Below are positions 59,980-64,000 of a stretch of DNA of 64,000 bases, one piece after another; positions within the stretch are counted from its first letter, which is position 1, and every line of letters begins with the position of its first letter. Position numbers and translations under genes: made by a program. This DNA is from Mobula hypostoma (taxonomy: Eukaryota): the NCBI RefSeq assembly GCF_963921235.1, contig NC_086107.1:103418001-103482000 (forward strand). Reading direction: 5' to 3'. Below the pieces are notes generated by a model. The model was given only the letters and a program-made list of their open reading frames with translations, searched no databases and had not been told where the DNA came from.

Positions 59980-60212
59980 AAACACAAGAAAATCTGCAGA
60001 TGCTGGAAATAGAGCGCAACACATACACACAATACACACAAAATGCTCAGCAGGCCAGGCAGCATCTATGGAAAAGAGTAAACAGTTGGCATTTCGGGCT
60101 GAGACTCTTCGTCAGGACACTGATGAAGAGCCCTGATGAAGGGTCTCAACCCAGAACGTCAACTGTTTACTCTTTTCTGGCCTGCCGAGTTCCTCCAGCA
60201 TTTTGTGTGTAT
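59980..60212. mobile_element. Inverted pair of Penelope-like terminal repeats
   Basis: Minus copy 59980-60118 and plus copy 60132-60212, each with a mutated hammerhead core, separated by ~13 bp. Confidence 0.8.
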
Positions 60213-62144
60213 TGGTTATGGAAACAGTAGTTATTTTCTTTCATTTTGCTAAAAAATGTTACTAAAATAAATCTTTGGGCTTTCTGAGGGTTTAGAGAAT
60301 ATTTTACTATCTTCATTGTGCCTTACCTCTTCATTTCCTCCCCATATTTTTGCTATCCTCAGATAGTGTGCATATCTGAGGACGTGTGGTCAAGAATTTT
60401 GGAATCGTATTTTTGCAGAGTATGAGTAATTTCAATATACTGAGATCGTTTGTGGACCTGCCTTGATTTCTAGTCTGATTGGAATAAATATTGCTATCTA
60501 GAAGACAGCATAAAGGGCTAGAAAAGCTATTGGGATGGTGTTGGGGAGGGAAGTTGCTGAAGCATCTAGCAAACTGTTTCAGTCAAGGGTAGTTGATACT
60601 GACAGCTGTTTTATATGCTTTATAATTATTGATCAATTTGTGTATTAAATTCCCATGAAAATGGGTGGGTTGGGATAATTAATGAAATACAAGCATTTCT
60701 TTTTTAAAAGGACACTTTCAAAGTTATGGGGAGCATTAGAGGAGTGAACTTGGGTTACTCAATGGCTTAAGGCAGAATTGGTCAAGTTTGGACTTTGCTG
60801 TTTCAGTGGTGGCTCAGGGCTACCTGTAGAGCTGAAATTGATCACAGAATATGGACTGATGTATGGCCCTTTTTCCAGTTGTAATGGGCTGGGTTGTTCA
60901 GACCCAAAAGACCCCAAAAAATGTCGTGTCCAGGAAATGTGGTTATAAGTGTACAAGCACAACAGAGTAACTTAAACCCAATTTATTATCTTAAAACAGA
61001 AAGCACAAATAAACCACACAAAATACCATGTAGTAAGTTACAAAGATTTCCACAAAGGTTTCAGGGCTTAGTCACCACTCGATTGTTGCTGTCGTCAGGG
61101 GGACTTGATTGCCGCTGTTGTCAGAGGAACTCCAAATTCTGCCTTGTGAAATAATCCTGGATCTGTCTTAGGAATCCGTGATTCTTAGAACAAGCATAGT
61201 GAGATACAAGAGACAAATAAAAAATAAACTCTTTGGTCTTATGTTCTCATGCCATTGGTACATTGAGGCTAAGAAAGAATCCAGCTACTATTACCAAACA
61301 TTTAACAGACTTACAGTGTAAGAATCTGGCCACTATTAGCAAACATCTAACAAACCTACAGTGTTTACCTTCTACAGACACCTTACATGCTGTGAGCTCA
61401 TAAAGAATTAAAGTGTCACTTTGAATTGTTCAGAATTTCATCTAATATCATACAAAATTTAATACACCACAACACACCTGTAGCAATTTTATCCCAAAAT
61501 TACAGGGAAAACTTTGACTAAAACAGCAAAATGAGACGATAAACCAATGAAATGATGCAGATTTATTTTGCTGGAATTTCAGCCTCATTTCTCGCAAACC
61601 AATTAAAGTAGAAACATGAATATTCACCAAAAACATGAGTTATATGGAGAAGATAAGTCTAATATAACAGACAGTATTTCATAAGGCTGTGCTGGGAGAA
61701 ATGGGTTTGAAGGAGGTTTCTTGTGTTTCTGTTGATTTGAAATCAAAATCGGCTTTTGGAAGTATTGTAGGAAGCACATTCCAAGAGTTGACTGCAGCCA
61801 GGTATTAACCCAAGTTGGATTGCAGTATTTAGCAATGTGTGAAGTGACTTGCATGGGTATCACAAATCCAGTCTTCAAACATTGCGTGCCCTGGTAGGTA
61901 TTATCTGATCTGAAAAGTTGAGTTAATGCATGTCAACAGGCACTATTGTGATATCCAGAAGCAATGTTTCCACTTCTAAATATGCTCCGTTACTATGAAA
62001 GGATAATTTCAGTTTAAATATGGGAACGCATCGACATTGATTGCCATCAGTAATGGTGCACAAAATGTAATCCTGGAGGTCAAGAATTCTGCAGAGGAAA
62101 TGAACATGAGTGTTAAGTGACTGAGGAAAGAGAACTTAATTTTA

Positions 62145-62355
62145 TTTTACTTAGAGATGCAGCACAGTGACAGGCACTTTCAGCCCGACGAGCCCGCGCC
62201 ACCTAATTACACAAAAATGGGCAACTAACCTAATGACTCGCACATTTTTGGGATGTGGGAGAAAATACATGCAGTCACGGAGAGAGCTTACAAACTCCTT
62301 ACAGACAGCAGCAGGAATTGAACTCAGGCTGCTGGCACTATGAAGCTGTTACGCG
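62145..62355 (-). mobile_element. V-SINE, degraded
   Basis: Similarity to 16116-16382 (caaactccttacagacagc..ggaattgaac). Confidence 0.65.
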
Positions 62356-63124
62356 AATGCAGTATGGAGGTTATGAGAGTATATTTTGGCAGACGTAATG
62401 AAAATTAAAATTTCAACGTGAAAGTTATCTCTGATAGACTACATTTGAACTAAATGGATCAAGTGCAGTCAATAACTCAAATTGTTGCTTACTTTTCTTT
62501 CTGCTTAATAATTGATTAAGTAGATGCATCATGTTTGTTAGAGAAATCCCATCAAAGTTAACAGATGCACAATTCTAAATTTTTAAAAAGTTCATAAGAA
62601 TCAATAGCAGCATTCTTAGCCAGCAGTAATAATTGCAACTTATTCCATTATAAACTACATGAAATAAGCTTTATAAATAATTGTTTCAGAGAGAACGACT
62701 AATTACAGAGTAAATAAGGTAAATATTATGCCAAGTACACTGGATCTAACAGGATGTTTTGTAGTTGTCAATGTAACAGCAGTGATTGGTGTATTGTACA
62801 TTCAGTGCATTTTCAATCACCGTTATATTCACAAAGCTGCAGCTGTGTTAATACCTCGATCACAGCCAACTCATTTTGAGAAACAGTGCATTTGGGTCAT
62901 GGGATAAGTAACACTGAAAGTCATACTTAGAGCAATTTCCTGAGACTTTGGTACTATAGAATCGACCTCTGAGTAGTAACACACACAGGAAATGTCTGGC
63001 AACATCCATGGAGAGGAATAAGGAGTTAACATTTCAGAGTTCCTCCAGCATTGTGTGTGTGTTATGTTACTCTGGATTTACAGCATCTGCAGAATCTCTT
63101 TTGTTTCTGAATGGTGAAGTTTTC

Positions 63125-63310
63125 TGTTGTCGTTGTTTTTCTTTGCACCTTGTAGTGCATCGGGTGGCAACCTTTTAGCTTTTTTTTTACGAGGCCGAGT
63201 TGCTAGCTTGACGCTCAACCCAGTATGGATGGAAAGCGTGAAAGGATCCGGCTGGATTCAAACATGAGACCATTCGCCTCGAAGTCTGAAGCGGATGCCA
63301 CACCACCACC
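63125..63310 (-). mobile_element. tRNA-derived SINE of another family; partial second copy 54195-54330
   Basis: Shared aggccgagttgctagcttgacg block; minus-strand head ggtggtgtggcatccgcttcagacttcgaggcg..tgtttgaatcc. Confidence 0.6.
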
Positions 63311-64000
63311 ACTATCTGAGGTCTTCTGGGGATTGCAATTTTGGATCCATTTTGATGCTGGCTTCATCCTGACTGGTTTTGAGCATGTTATTAAACTGCT
63401 GCATCTGAACACACATTTGCTGCATGATCCCTCAAAAATATTTGAAGTTATAGATGTTGGTGTAGCTTGGCTAAGAGTCAGCTGAAACGTTTCAGTTGTC
63501 TTCAAAATAATGAAAGTACAATAATAATTGACACTTTCGCCATGAGTTATAGTCCACTACAGAGGCAAAGATACTGAGATTGAAGAATAAAATATAGTTA
63601 GCAGAGGGCAATGAATAAATCAAAGGGAAAGTTAAGCCTTCCCATTTCTTCGCATTTAAAAAAAATCTTTGTGCTCAATGTGTGAGATGTTAACGCCTTA
63701 GAATGGATCTGTAGAGGTATCCAGTACCAGCATGAAGTGCTCACAGACAATGTGCTGCTAATATGTTGCATATTTTCACATAGTACATCAGCCCACATCA
63801 AACCCTGTCACTTCATCAGTCATAAATTATCCCTAAGTCCCTTTGTTAGTTGATCCATTGTCTTGAGTGAATCCAATTAGTGGTGAACAAATTATTACTC
63901 GACAAACTTATGCCAGTGACATTAAACCTGATTTTGATTCTGATGATTAGAATGCTCTAGGCCTGTGTATTTTGTGACTAGATTAAGGCAGGATCTTTGC

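Noticed and set aside
1..64000. CRISPR arrays, operons or prokaryotic defence systems
   Set aside because: Eukaryotic intronic DNA; no regularly spaced repeats or gene-dense regions.

Overview
AT-rich, repeat-dense vertebrate DNA whose repeat landscape (V-SINE/HE1-like, DeuSINE, CR1, Rex/Babar, Penelope-like, Tc1, Tigger, Harbinger, hAT) points to a cartilaginous fish, probably a ray (inference). The window appears to be almost entirely intronic sequence of a plus-strand myocardin-related transcription factor gene, most likely MRTFA/MKL1. One clear coding exon (42239-42446) encodes the N-terminal extension preceding RPEL1. It has no in-frame ATG but has a GTG in strong Kozak context. Two further exon candidates are a 5'UTR exon (27303-27368) and a frame-preserving 120-nt cassette (55701-55820). 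The ORF-track entries I could assign outside these exons are transposon debris; the rest look like chance ORFs. Most notable: probable non-AUG initiation with out-of-frame AUG ORFs, many minimal hammerhead-ribozyme motifs in Penelope tails (some as inverted pairs), a compact multi-pseudoknot 3'UTR in a Hero-type retrotransposon, and a Tc1 family whose palindromic TIR shows hairpin ends and adjacent duplications. All calls come from reading the sequence and recalled family motifs; no searches or folding were run, and repeat boundaries without TSDs are approximate.
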